64,000 bases of DNA from NCBI GenBank assembly GCA_052327205.1, contig CM126208.1, forward strand, positions 143,158,001 through 143,222,000, in the 5' to 3' direction. Below are positions 33,647-46,151 of the stretch, piece by piece (position 1 is the stretch's first letter; each line of letters begins with the position of its first letter). The notes beneath the pieces are model-generated. The model did not search any database, had not been told where the DNA came from, and saw nothing but the letters and a program-made list of their open reading frames with translations. The stretch is from Somniosus microcephalus (lineage: Eukaryota). The position numbers were made by a program, and so were the translations under genes.

Positions 33647-36600
33647 CATACAGTCATAGAGTTATACAGCACAGAAAGAGGCCCTTTGGCCCATCGTGTC
33701 TGCGCCGGCCATCAAGCCGTATCTATTCTAATCCCATTTTCCAGCACTTGGTCCGTAGCCTTGTATGCTATGGCGTTTCAAGTGCTCATCTAAATGCTTC
33801 TTGAATGTTGTGAGGGTTCCTGCCTCTACCACCCTTTCAGGCAGTGAGTTCCAGATTCCAACCACCCTCTGAGTGAAAAAGTTTTTCATCAAATCCCCTC
33901 TAAACCTCCTGCCCCTTACCTTGAAACTATGCCCCCTGGTTATTGACCCCTCTACTAAGGGGAAAAGTTCCTTTCTATCTATCCTATCTATGCCCCTCAT
34001 AATTTTGTACACCTCAATCAGGTCCCCCCTCAGCCTTCTCTGCTCTGAGGCAAACAACCCCAGCCTGTCCAGTCTCTCTTCATAACTGAAACGCTCCAGC
34101 TCAGGTAACATCCTGTTGAATCTCCTCTGCACCCTCTCCAATGCAATCACATCCTTCCTATAGTGTGGTGACCAGAACTGCACACAGTATTCTAGCTGTG
34201 GCCTAACTAGCGTTTTGTACAGCTCCATCATAACTTCCCTGCTCTTGCCTTCATTAGCCGAGGCATAGAATATAAGTATCCCATATGCCTTCTTAACCAT
34301 CTTATCTACCTGTCCTGCTGCCTTCAGGGATCTATGTACATGCACAGTAAGGTCCCTCTGATCCTCTGTCCTTCCTAGGGTCTTACCATTCATTTTGTAT
34401 TCCCTTGCCTTGTTAGTCCTCCCAAAATGCATCACCTCACACTTTTCAGGGTTAAATTCCATTTGCCACTGTTCTGCCCATCTGACCAACCCGTCTATAT
34501 CGTCCTGTAGCCTGAGGCTTCCCTCCTCACTATTTACCACTCCTCCAATTTTCGTGTCATCTGCGAACTTACTGATCATACCTCCTACATTCATATCTAA
34601 ATCATTAATGTACACTACAAACAGCAAGGGACCCAGCACCGATCCCTGCGGTACATCACTGGACACAGGCTTCCAGTCACAAAAACAACCTTCGACCATC
34701 ACCCTCTGCCTCCTGCCACTAAGCCAATTTTGGATCCAATGTGCCAAATTGCCCTGGATCCCATGGGCTCTTACCTTCTTGACCAGTCTCCCATGCGGGA
34801 CTTTGTCAAAAGCCTTACTGAAGTCCATGTAGACTACATCAACTGCACTACCCTCATCCACACACCTAGCCACCCTCGAAAAATTCAATCAAATTGGTTA
34901 GACATGATCTCCTCCTGACAAAGCCATGCAGACTATCCTTGATTAATCCTTGCCTCTCCAAGTGGAGACTAATTCTGTCCCTCAGAATTTTTTCCAATAA
35001 TTTCCCTACCACTGATGTTAGGCTCACTGGCCTGTAATTCCCTGCTTTATCCCTACTACCCTTCTTGAATAATGATACTACGTTAGCTGTCCTCCAGTCT
35101 TCTGGTACCTCCGCTGTGGCCAGAAAGGTTCTGAAAATTTGTGTCAGAGCCCCTGCAATCTCCTCCCTTGCCTCACACAACAGCCTGGGATACATTTCGT
35201 CTAGGCCTGGGGATATATCCACTTTTAAGCCCTCTAAATCCGCTTGTACCTCCCCCCTCTCAATGCTAATTTGTTCAAGTATATCACAATCCCCCTGCCT
35301 GATTTCTATGCCTACATCGTTCTGCTCCATAGTGAACAAAGATGCAAAATATTCATTTAAAACCTTACTTACATCTTCCGGCTCTACACACAGATTGCCA
35401 CTTTGGTCCCTAATGGGCCCTACTCTTTCCCTGGTTATCCTCTTGCCCTTAATATACTTATAAAACACCTTGGGATTTTCCTTTATTTTGCCCACCAGTT
35501 TTTTTTCAAGCCCCCTCTTCGTTCTCCTAATTTCTTTTTTAAGTACCCCCCATGCACTTTCTATACTCCTCTAGGGCTTTCACTGTTTTTGGCCTTTGTA
35601 TCTGCCAAAAGCCTCCCTTTTTTTCCTAATCCATTCTTGTATATCCCTTGACATCCAGGGTTCCCTGGACTTGTTGGTCCCACCCTTGACCTTTACGGAA
35701 ACATGTTGGCACTGTACTCTCTATTTCCTTTCTGAATGACTCCCACTACTCTGATGTGGATTTTCCTACAAGTAGCTGATCCCAGTCCACTTTGGCCAGA
35801 TCCTGCCGTATCATATTAAAATCGGCCTTCCCCCAATTTAGAACCCTTATTTCCGGTCCATCTTTGTCCTTTTCCATGACTACCTTAAATCTCATCGAAT
35901 TTTGGTCACTGTCACCAAAATGCTCTCCTACTGACACTTCTACCACTTGCCTGGCTACATTCCCTAGAATTAGGTCCAGTACCGCCCCCTCTTTGCTGGC
36001 TCAAAAACTCTCCTGGATGCACTTTAAGAATTTCGCACCCTCTAAGCCTTTCACACTCTGACTATCCCAGTTAATATTGGGGAGGTTGAAATCCCCTACT
36101 ATTATTACCCTATATTTCTACACTTCTCTGAGATTTGCTTACATATCTGTTCCTCTATCTCCCCCTGACTGTTTGGGGGCCTATAGTACACTCCCAGCAA
36201 AGTGCTTGCCCCCTTTTTGTTTTTAAGTTCTACCCATATGGCCTCATTAGAGAAAGATATCATCCCTCCTTACTGCAGTAATTGCCTCTTTGATTAATAT
36301 TGCGACACCCCCTCTTTTACACCCCCCTCTGTCTCGCCTGAACATTCTATACCCTGGAATATTGAGCTGCCAGTCCTGCTCCTCCCTCAACCATGTCTCT
36401 GTGATCGCAATGATATACTCCCATGTGTTCATGAACACCTTCAATTCATCTGCCTTACTCGCAAGACTCCTTGTATATTAAAATAAATAAATGCCTTCCA
36501 GCCTTGCCATACGCCCTTGTGCCGTTACATATTTGCTCTGTCTTCCAGATTGACTTGTTTGTTCCTCTATATTTGGCTGTGCATCACCCCCTAATATAGC

Positions 36601-37023
36601 TCCACTCCGTATCCCATCCCCCTGCCAAGTTAGTTTAAACCCCCCCCCCGCAACAGTACTAGCAAACCTCCCCGCAAGGATGTTGGTCCCGTTCCGGTTC
36701 AGGTGCAACCCATCCGACTTGTATAGGTCCCACCTTCCCCAGAAACAGACCCAGTGATCCAGGAAACTAAAGCCCTCCCTCTTGCACCAACTCTTTAGCC
36801 ACGCATTCATCTGCTCTATCCTCCTATTTCTATACTCACTAGCACGTGGCACTGGGAGTAACCCAGAGATTACAACCTTTGAGGTCCTGCTTTTTAATCT
36901 GCTACCTAGCTCCCTAAATTCTTGTTGCAGGACCTCATCCCTCTTTCTACCTATGCCGTTGGTACCAATGTGAACCACGACCTCTGACTGTTCGCCCTCC
37001 CCCTTCAGAATGCCCTGCAGCCG
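33647..37023 (-). mobile_element. 5'-truncated CR1 LINE: ORF1 SGNH-esterase C-terminus and frameshifted ORF2 (endonuclease plus RT)
   Basis: VHIGTN, DGLHLN; IAITETWL; NYRPVSLTS, DFSKAFDKVPH, FADDTK; 3' UTR and tail, with tail bases also at 24459-24466. Confidence 0.93.
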
Positions 37024-37851
37024 TTCAGTGACATCCTTGACCCTTCTGTCACTCGGCGGCCGGGTGCACCTGGTCTCATCAAGCATCCCACTGCCAGTGC
37101 TCCGCAGGGATATGCTGATAGTCCACACACCCCTCCTGTGCTGCTGGCCTTGTATAGAGTGGACTCTAGCTCTGGCTCCAACAAGTCTGAGCAGAAACTC
37201 CCTTGTGAGGCCAGTACCTGGCATATCCAGTTGCCAGCCTAAGTTAAGGCTTGCCCAGCACACTCCCGCTGATGTTATGGTGGGTGTGCCAGAAAGGCTG
37301 CAGAATTTTGGCCTGTGCATATCTGTTTGGAGAAAAGCAGTTTATGAAAGCCATTTTGAAACATGGCACAGAGTTGAAGGATCTAAGTTTGTGCCAGTGG
37401 TTTTCTAATTTTGAAAATCTGATTTCATTCCCCTGTGATCATCCAGTCAGAGTTTGCTCTGGCTCATTGTTCGGAAGATAGCAATCAGTATGGGAAAAAG
37501 AGTGTCTTGGCAACATGCTCAACGCTGTACCAAACTGCAGGATATCAAAGTAATACATACAAGATCAATTCAGAAAATTGCTTTTTGATCTGACAAAACC
37601 CAGCCCTTCCTTCCGATGAATGTAGGAGTCTGGGGAAGAGGAACAAGTGGATTTTTAGACTTGAGAGTTGAAAGAGCTAAATTAAATCCGTCTTTCGGGT
37701 GGGACGTTAAACCGAGGCCCCGTCTGCCCTTTCAGGTGGACATAAAAGATCCACGGCACTATTCAAACAACAGCAGGGGAGTTCTCTCCGGGATTCTTGC
37801 TAAATTTATCCCTCAACCAACGTCTCTAAAGAAAAAAAACGAATTCCTGAT

Positions 37852-38887
37852 ACAAAGCAAAATACTGCGGATGCTGGAAATCTGAAATAAAAACAGAAAA
37901 TGCTGGAAATACTCAGCAGGTCAGACAGCATCTGTGGAGAGAGAAACAGAGTTAACATTCATCGACCTGAAACGTTGGGCTAGATTTTCGTGGAGCCGCC
38001 AGGCGGGGTTTCAGACATGTGGGGGGGGGGGGGAAATCCCGAATTTGGGGGTCCCGACACCATCCCACCCAAAACCCCGCCCCACGTAAGTTTCAGGGGC
38101 GGCGGGTACCCGCCCTGCACTGGGACCTGCCGAAACCAGGCGGGAAGGGATTAGTGCCAATTAACTGCCTGTTAACAGGTAGTTAACAGGCAGTTTTTAG
38201 CCTAATCCCTATTTTGAGGGGTTTCGTGTGGGTTTCCCAACGGCTCCAAACCACGCCAGGTTAGAGCAGGCGGGCCGTCCGGTTGAAGGAGTTGGAGGGG
38301 TCGCGATGTTGGCGCTCAGGTGAGTGATGGGTGCATGAGTGTAAAGGTAAGTGTGTTTGGTGTGTCTAAAGTGTGTAAAGAACTTTTACTTACCTGTACT
38401 TACCTTCACAGCCTTTCTTCCTGTAGCCGTCGGGAGCGCATCGCTCAGCTGGAACTGAAAGCTGAATGGCTGCGATCTGTGAAAAGTGACAGCCTTCAGC
38501 TTTGAGTGCCGGTAAGAGTTCTAACTGAGTCTGTGCAGAATGACTCATGTCAGAACTCAGACTGTCAGTGTTTGACAGCTTCAAACAGCTGTGAAACACT
38601 GATATTTCATCTGTCAAAAACTCTTGACAGATGAAATTTCAGTCTGTGACGTCACCTGTTGCCGGGTGGCCCTTAATTGGCCTGCTGAGCCCCCTGGGCG
38701 GGCTCAACAAGGTCAATCAAGGGAAAATCGCGCGGATTGGCCGGACGTCGAAGTAGGCAGGTCAAAAACCCGAAAGGGGAAGTCCCGCCTTCTTCCCGAC
38801 TGGTTCGGGAAAATCTACCCCATTAACTCTGTTTCTCTCTCCACAGATGCTACCTGACCTGCTGAGTATTTCCAGCATTTTCTTTTT
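37852..38887. mobile_element. Fold-back element, probably Penelope-like terminal-repeat derived, split by a Harbinger MITE
   Basis: AAAATGCTGGAAATACTCAGCAGGTCAG...GAGAAACAGAGTTAA is inverted at 38823-38883. Confidence 0.55.
37977..38821. mobile_element. Non-autonomous Harbinger element
   Basis: TIRs GGGCTAGATTTTC / GAAAATCTACCCC; TSD GTT/ATT; inverted relative of 51440-52285. Confidence 0.8.
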
Positions 38888-39763
38888 TGATCTCATTTCT
38901 GTTTGTGGGAGCTTACTGTGCGCAAATTGGCTGTTGCGTTTCACTACATTACAACAGTGACTACACTTCAAAAGTATTTCATTGGCTGTAACACGCTTTG
39001 GGACGTTCTACGGTTGTGAAAGGAATTATATAAATGCAAGTTCTTTCTTTTAATGTTCATCATCACTACTACAAATATCGTGATAGTTGTTTTCTGATCA
39101 TCTTCACCACGATTATTAACTGAATATTAATATTTAATACCAAATTCAGTAATAATGTGTCTATGCTAATCTGTAGCAGCCCGTTACATTAGGGAGTATA
39201 ATGAGCACTTATTTGCAAGTCATAAATGGTCATGTGATATTGCAGCTCTTTTGAGAATTGCACCTCCTCCACCTTTTACTGGCATTTTCTCTTACCTGCT
39301 CCTTGTTATGATCAAGTGTAAAATAAAGCTCAGAATTTGCTAAATTGGCTGTTTCTTTCCGCAAACCAGCCAAAACCTTTCCACTGCTTCACACACTTTC
39401 TATAATTGCTGTCTTATCACCCTCAGCTGCTAAACCACCGACTAATCAAGCAGCAATTTAAAGTGTTTCAGCTTAAAAAGAAGGAAAGCACTGAATGTCT
39501 GGATACATGCCAAACTAGCATTGCACCTCAGTTTTTAATTACAATCCAGCCTAAAACCTTTCTGCTTTCTTGGTTGGTTGTAACCCTGCACCTTTCTTGT
39601 TTCTCTGTCATTTGTTTGCATTCATCTTTACCTTTGTTTAATTTTTGTCCGTTTTCACCTCAGTTTCTCTCTGGTTACTATTTCTGTCCTATTTTAATGC
39701 TCTGTCAGCATCTCCCTTTTCATTCCTTTGCTTGCTATTTTTAACAGTTAAATAAAAGCCTTG

Positions 39764-40426
39764 GGGGGAAAAATTGAGTCGCGCCCCCTTGGGGCGCTAA
39801 CTTTGCCGGGGCAATAAGTGCCCCTGTGGCCGATTTTCCCAGGTAGCACCCCGAGAGGGAGGAGGGGCACTACTGGAAATGCCCTGCGTCCCTCTTGGGG
39901 TGCTGCGAGGCAATATTGCACCGCGGTACTGCAGGCCTTCCTCCCCTTATTAAAGGGGAGGGGCCTGGCGCAGCGCGTCCCGGTGCCCAGCTGGGCCACC
40001 AGGGATCGGGAGTGCTGGCAAACGAGCCTGGCACTCAAGAGGAGTGCCGGGCTCACGGAGAGCAGCCAACACCCCACGGTGGGGCTTCACAGGGGCCAGG
40101 GACAGCAACGGGGGCAGGTGCTGGCAGGCAGCCGCCCACCAACACCCCCTTAACTAGCACCGCCCCGGCCGCAGGTAGGCCCCCCTGACCCCGTCGGAGT
40201 CAGGTGGTGCTACCGAAGATCGCAAGTGGGGCGCTGCGCACGGCGATGACATCATCACCGGCGGCACAGCGCCGCAGGGTGCTAATGGTTACCGCCGCCG
40301 CTACCCTCCCGCTGAATTTCGCGGGAGGTGTTGGCGACGCCGCGCCCGGGTGCAAGTTGCTTTGCGCCCCATTAGCGCCCTCTTAGGGCACTAATGGGAG
40401 GCACAAAGCAACCAAATTTCTCCCCC
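39764..40426. mobile_element. Harbinger MITE (GGGGGAGAAATT family)
   Basis: TIRs GGGGGAAAAATT / AATTTCTCCCCC; perfect 3-bp TSD TTG. Confidence 0.88.
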
Positions 40427-41403
40427 TTGTATTTTTCAATGTTCTTTCTGTGTCTATTTCAATAATTGAGGGTCATGAAGGTATAGACATTGCAAAGGAG
40501 CTTTGCCTCAGCAGCACATATAGTTCTAGCTACTGTTGCGGTTTGTATCTGCACTATGCACTGTGTCCCGAGCATTGAGAGATTACAGCTTTCAGTGGAT
40601 TTAACATCTGTTGTTGATAGCATTTCATCATTTATAATTTGTAACATAACATCGCGTGAACATTCTGTTGAACTGCCAGTTCATCGGTCAGCTAGAGTTT
40701 GGCATTGTAATAACTTAGTCCTTTCCGTAAGGTTAGGATCCCAGAACCCTTGGAATCCTTAAATCCTGATAGTTCTATGCAGTTGAGCTAATGACTGCAA
40801 ACATAGACACTACGTGATCTGACAGCACAGTGTTATAATTGAGAAGTCTAATACATGTTGTCTTCTTTTGTCTTTGAACTAATCGAAGGAATATTAATGA
40901 AAATAGTGGGCCACGATCGTGTTGGTTAAGCCAGATTCATATCCACCAGTGCCCTGCAGCACTGATATCACCTGAGTTTGTGAGGTCAGTGGGAGGGCAC
41001 CTCATTTACATGGGGCCGGCAGGAGCAGGGTGCATGCAGCAGAAAATCTGGTACCTCCCAGATGAGGGATGAGGGTGGAAGGGGTTGGTTGCCAAGGCCC
41101 CCCCACTCCCAAGATTCCAGTCATCTCCCTTTCAGCCTCCAATGCAAGATCCATGAAATAGTTTTTAAAAACTATCCATTCCTATTGCCTGGACCCTTCA
41201 GTGGGGCCCATTTTGTCCACCTGGAGGTCGGTACACCTCATCTCACTTGGTTTACTGGTCTCCATTCTCGGCCGACTGGAAAATCCCAAATTTACGGTGA
41301 AAGTCCAAAGGGATCTCTGAAGAAATTTGGGGCCATATTTCTGAGACATCTTGGGACTGACTTTCCTGTCCAATGCAGTTGGGGAATGCTCAGTTTCCAA
41401 GTA

Positions 41404-42302
41404 CAGGTAGACTATCCTTTATCCGAACTTCCAAAAACCGAAAACCTCTAAAAACCGAAAGTTTTTTTGTTCAGCGTAAGTCGTGCGCACGACATGACCA
41501 GAGTGGCGCACGACTTACGCTGAGCAGGGCAGAGGGTCACAGAGTTCCCTCCTGAGTAGGAGATTGCAGGCCGAGCCGGGCAGTGTGAAGGAGGTACCGG
41601 GAGAGCGAGCCCAACAATACAGCGGCCCGTCCGATAGCTGCAGCGGCCCGTCCGATATTCTTTTCTCCCCCCGACCCGACCCGTACCGAACCGCGGCCCG
41701 TCCGATATTCTTTTCTCCCGACCCGACCCGAACCGCGGCCCGTCCGATATTCTTTTCTCCCCCCACCCCCCGACCCGACCCGAACCGCGGCCCGTCCGAT
41801 ATTCTTTTCTCCCCCGCCTCCCCCCGACCCAACCCGACCGATATTCTTTTCTCCCGACCCGACCCGAACCGCGGCCCGTCTGATATTCTTTTCTCCCCCC
41901 GCCCCCCCCCTCGGACCCCCCCCGGACCCCGACCCTCCCCGGACCCCCCGGAACCCCCCCCCCGACCCCGACCCCCCCCCGACCCCAACCCCCACCCACC
42001 CGACCCCCCCCCCCCGGACCCCCCCCGACCTGAACCGTGGCCCATCCGATGTTCTTTTCTCCCCCCTGACCCCCGACCTGATTTGCGGGCCAGCTTAGTA
42101 GGAGTCAGCTGATATCCAGCTTTCCAGAGAAGCAGGAAGGGGAATGAGACACAGAACAGTCGCAAGAGGTAGCCTGAACTTTTACAATTTATATTAAATA
42201 CAAATTTCCCAGTCTTCTAATAATACCTTCTGAAATCCCAAAAATTCCGAAAACCGAAACTCAGCTGGTCCCAAGGCTTTCGGATAAGGGATAGTGTACC
42301 TG
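41404..42302. mobile_element. Tigger/pogo-type (Tc1/mariner superfamily) non-autonomous element
   Basis: 24-bp TIR CAGGTAGACTATCCTTTATCCGAA (2 mismatches), TA TSD on both sides; resembles Tigger4/Zombi ends from recall. Confidence 0.88.
41622..42065. repeat. GC-rich minisatellite inside the Tigger-like element
   Basis: About 7-8 variable units of GCGGCCCGTCCGATATTCTTTTCTCCC...(CCCGA)n. Confidence 0.92.
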
Positions 42303-43169
42303 TATAAAGGAGAGGAAAAGTGTGTGGAGACCCACGACACTAGGTCTCACCCCTTTACATTGTCTCATTTTCCTTCTCCAGCACTGGATAGTATGACCAG
42401 AGGACGTGGGTCTTAGGCCCTATGCCTTGGCCCTCTCAGATCAGAGGAATGGAGGGGGACAGACAACAAATAGTTTTTCAGGGACATCACTACAAAGATT
42501 AGAATTGTTGTTCTTAGGCAACAGCCAGAAAAGCCAGACATCAACAGCCATTACTCCTGCTGCAGGTTGTCAGGCCTGCAACAATGGATACATTTATACC
42601 CCCTTTTCCAGGTGCAAGGCTCTGCCCAGGAACAGACCTGTGCCTGGGGTCCAATATGCCTAGGCTAATGATATGAAACTGCAAATGTGTGTTATAAATG
42701 GAACAATTTAACAACAGGCAGGGGCAGATTTTGGGCGAGACTCGATTATGTTGAATCCCCATCCCTCTTTCTGTCTGTCAAAAATTCCAACCATGGTCGG
42801 GGTGGGTACATAATGCTCTCATCCACAAGCAGGCGGGCATATTATGATTCCATGCAAATGAGGGAAATACGTTATATGAGGTATTTTCCTCCATTTGTGC
42901 TCTAGGAATGTTAGGTGCGAGGGACATCTCTGCATCCCAGACGTTCAGTGTTGCTAAAGGCCGTAATGTTGAATTTAAAATTAAAACCATTTCTAGCAAT
43001 GCAGAGCGATCAATTGTATTTTCAAAATTGGCAAAGCCATGAGGGCTCAGTTTTAGAATTTTGTATTGTGCTGATATGACCCCACAGACCCGCTTATACT
43101 GCATTAATGGGTTTTCACCCCACATGAGGTGGACTCCCAAGATGTGTTGAAAATGCTGCAAGTGTCTGC

Positions 43170-43650
43170 ATAAGAAACATAAGAAATAGGAACAGGAGTA
43201 AGCCATTTGGCCCCTCGCGCCTGCTCTGCCATTCAATAAGATCATGGCTGATCTTCAACCTCAATTCCACTTTCCTGCACTATCCCTATATCCCTTGATT
43301 CCTCTAGAGTCCAAAAATCTATTGCTCTCTGTCTTGAATATACTCAGTGACTGAGCATCCACAGCCCTTTGGGGCAGAGAATTCCAAAGATTCACAACCC
43401 TCTGAGGAAAGAAATTCCTCCTCATCTCAGTTTGAAAAGGCCAACCCCTTATCCTGAGACTATGCCCCCTAGTTTTAGATTCTCCAGCCAGGAGAAACAA
43501 CCTCTCAGCATCTACCCTGTCAAACCCCTCTTATATGTTTCAATGAGATCACCTCTAATTCTTCTAAACGCCAGAGAGTAAAGGCCCAATCTACTCAATC
43601 TCTCCTCGTAGGATAACCCTCCCATCCCAGGAATCAATCTAGTGAACATA
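43170..43650 (-). mobile_element. CR1 LINE 3' fragment
   Basis: TRGHSLRIRG...RVVNLWNSLP; tail (TTTCTTATG)n. Confidence 0.88.
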
Positions 43651-44007
43651 AATACCCGTCAGATGCAATTACCTCTGTCTCCAGGATTTGGACTTGGGGC
43701 AATCCATGTATGTACACAGCAATGCTGCCAAAACAGATATACTGCTCAACTGAGTGCAGTTTTATATGAAATGACAAACCAGAGGCGAAACAACAAAACT
43801 AACTGAAACACCACTATCCCTAACCCTAATGCAATTCATCTTGTTGTCTTCGATGCTTTTGACACACCTATTTTAACTTCTACAAGTGGACAATATAAAT
43901 GAGTTCAATAAGCAATTAGATGAGAGAAGAGATTGTGGGATCGAGATTTATCAAAAAGGGACTGGGGTCTGCAGGCTAATGGCTTTTTCCTGTTCTTAAA
44001 ACTTCTT

Positions 44008-44211
44008 GGACTAGATTTTAACTTTCACTGCTGGATGGTAAACTCGGCTTTGCGGATTGGCCACCTGTAATACACCCAGTCAGATTTTCTTTTCCATTGA
44101 CTTCCACGGAAAGGAGACTCGGGCGGGACGTGCAATGGGCTGGACGTGTAACGGACGGCCGATCTGCTACCACCAGATTTCTGCCCGGTGGTAAAAGTTA
44201 AAATCTATCCT
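44008..44211. mobile_element. Small Harbinger-type MITE
   Basis: TIR core TAGATTTTAACTTT / AAAGTTAAAATCTA; sits in an old CR1-like tail. Confidence 0.65.
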
Positions 44212-45499
44212 CCTTGTATTCTTAAACTGTGGAAGAAATTTAACAAATGCCTAATTTTAACTGAGAATATGCAGTTGTTTATCTTAAAGCCTTTGGATAG
44301 ATACAGTTGTAACCATTTATTATTTGGTTTTCTTTGTTGCTATTTGCTTGTTTGAGTGGAGGAATCCACTGCTATTTTTATGCTGCAGATTTGTGTAAAG
44401 TTGCAGCCATTGATCTTTGGTGATGACGGAACGGGATACACTAGAAAATTATTTACATAAGCCATTTCTAGCAAAGATGCAAAAGAATAAATCACAATCA
44501 TACTAAGTGCGGAGTTTTAGATACAATCTGAGGGCCTCTTGCTTTCCCATCCTGTGTATCTATTATGAAGTTGGGTCATGGCCTGTTAGATAAATTCTCT
44601 TGTCTACTCTCCAGCTGCCAGCACCTGCAATAATTGCGTTTTGGTGTCCCACGGCTGGCCTTTCATTCTGGAGTCTTGAGGGTCACTCCTTCAGAGTTTT
44701 TACGTCAGACTTTTAGAATTAAAGACCATCAGATCTGATTACTCTGGTTTCCCCTGTGTCTGTAGTCTGATCGATTCAGTCAAGGTTTCCAATCCTAATT
44801 GGTCCTGAGGCATAACTGCTCTGACCTGTGTAAATAACAAATGGATTAAAGTAAATCTGTTGGATACTTTTTCCTCAATGCACAGCATAAACAAATGGAA
44901 GCAAAAGCCTTCTTGTATTTAGTGACTGCAATTTTACTTACAAATTCACATCTACAAATGCAAGAAATTCTTTCGTGTGGATGTAAAAACCCAAAGCACT
45001 CTCTTCATGATGCTCTTAATGCATTATTCATTTCAGCTTGATACTCTCTATTGACCCATCTTTTAGTCTTTTCTCTCCTCTTATTCTGCCAAGAAGACTG
45101 CTAATTAACTGCATCCATAATCAGGACTTAAAGAAACACTTTGATTAATTTTATTGCATGATATTCTGTCAACACATCCAGAATATAAATGAATGAAAAC
45201 ATTTAATTTCTTTGTGTTAAAACACTGAGTGGTTTACCCACTTTATACCGTTCCTGATCTAATGATATGCATCCCTCTCAAGCACTAGCGCACCACGGGG
45301 GGCATAGATAGATAGGGGCCTGCACCAGGTAAAACACATAGCACAAGTGAGCAGGAGCAGGAACAGGTACTGATGGCAGGAACAGCCCAGGAGACAGCTC
45401 ACCGGATAAAGGGTACCGGCCTCTCCTAGCTCTGCCGAGCGGGACAGAGATGTGGATGTCTGGGGTTCGGCCACTAAAAGAAAAATGTGCGAGGCACAC

Positions 45500-46151
45500 A
45501 AGTAATTATATGAGGTATTGTAAGGGCTTGTGATTGTTGGTGAGGGGAGTGATGGAGGGGTAGTGATTGCTTTGAATGGTGGAGGTGGGAGGAAAAGGAC
45601 TGTGAGCAGGAGCAGTGCAAGAGATGGGGAAGGGAGGTGGTATGCTGACCTTTCCTGATCTAGTGATGTCATTGAATCTCTTGTGGCACTGTATCCAGGT
45701 CCTTGAGGTGATGTTCCAGCTGCTAACTTCTTCTGCCACCTCCAAGCAGGCTTGCCTTGTGACGCTGTTTGACTTTCTCTTGCCACTTTGTGGAAATAGC
45801 ATTTCCCTCCTGGCCCTCACAGCAGCGAGCAGCACCTCGAGGGAGGCATCAGAAAACCTGGAGGCAACCTTACCCCTCTTGGCAGCAGAAAATGAATTGC
45901 GGAAGCCAAATGCAGGATTCACATTGAGTGAATGCAACCTCCCTTTAAGAGGTGCATTCATCCTATAAGTAGTGGGCCAGGATTCCTGATGAAAATTGTG
46001 TGTTGTAAGTGGGCTGCTGCTGATGCGGTCAGCCCCCAAATCAAATGTAAATCAGGCCTGGCTAGTAAAATCAGCCGGGCCTCGCCAGCTTTCACATTTC
46101 TGGGTACTCTACGCCCATACACCAATCCCATCCCAAGTTAAAATCGAGGAC
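45500..46151 (-). mobile_element. Harbinger remnant with Myb exon 1 (about 45648-45890)
   Basis: ASRFSDASLEVLL...EVAEEVSS...RTWIQCHKRFNDI; TIR-like TTAAAATCGAGGAC at the right end. Confidence 0.75.

Larger units (their letters stand above)
24062..37314. mobile_element. Old MITE-like element (24062-24458 plus 37024-37314) split by nested insertions
   Basis: Imperfect TIRs GAGCTGAAAATCTG / CAGAATTTTGGCCT; inverted-repeat arms CCGGGTGA and TCACTCGG flank the insert. Confidence 0.4.
37683..39050 (+). mobile_element. Deu-domain SINE (SacSINE1/AmnSINE-like) in two parts (37683-37830, 38890-39050)
   Basis: Homologous to 58815-59273 and 63663-64000; L2-like tail TATATAAATGCAAG. Confidence 0.75.

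Noticed and set aside
37974-38824. Imperfect Harbinger TSDs (GTT/ATT, ATA/TTA) as a novel integration chemistry
   Set aside because: GTT>ATT follows a C and fits CpG decay; other copies have perfect 3-bp TSDs (TTG, TTA).
39296-39471. Minus-strand exon bounded by AG and GTAAG
   Set aside because: Stops occur in all three frames; no support as a coding exon.
41448-42165. Gly/Arg/Pro-rich ORFs of 150-216 aa
   Set aside because: Artefacts of a stop-poor GC minisatellite.
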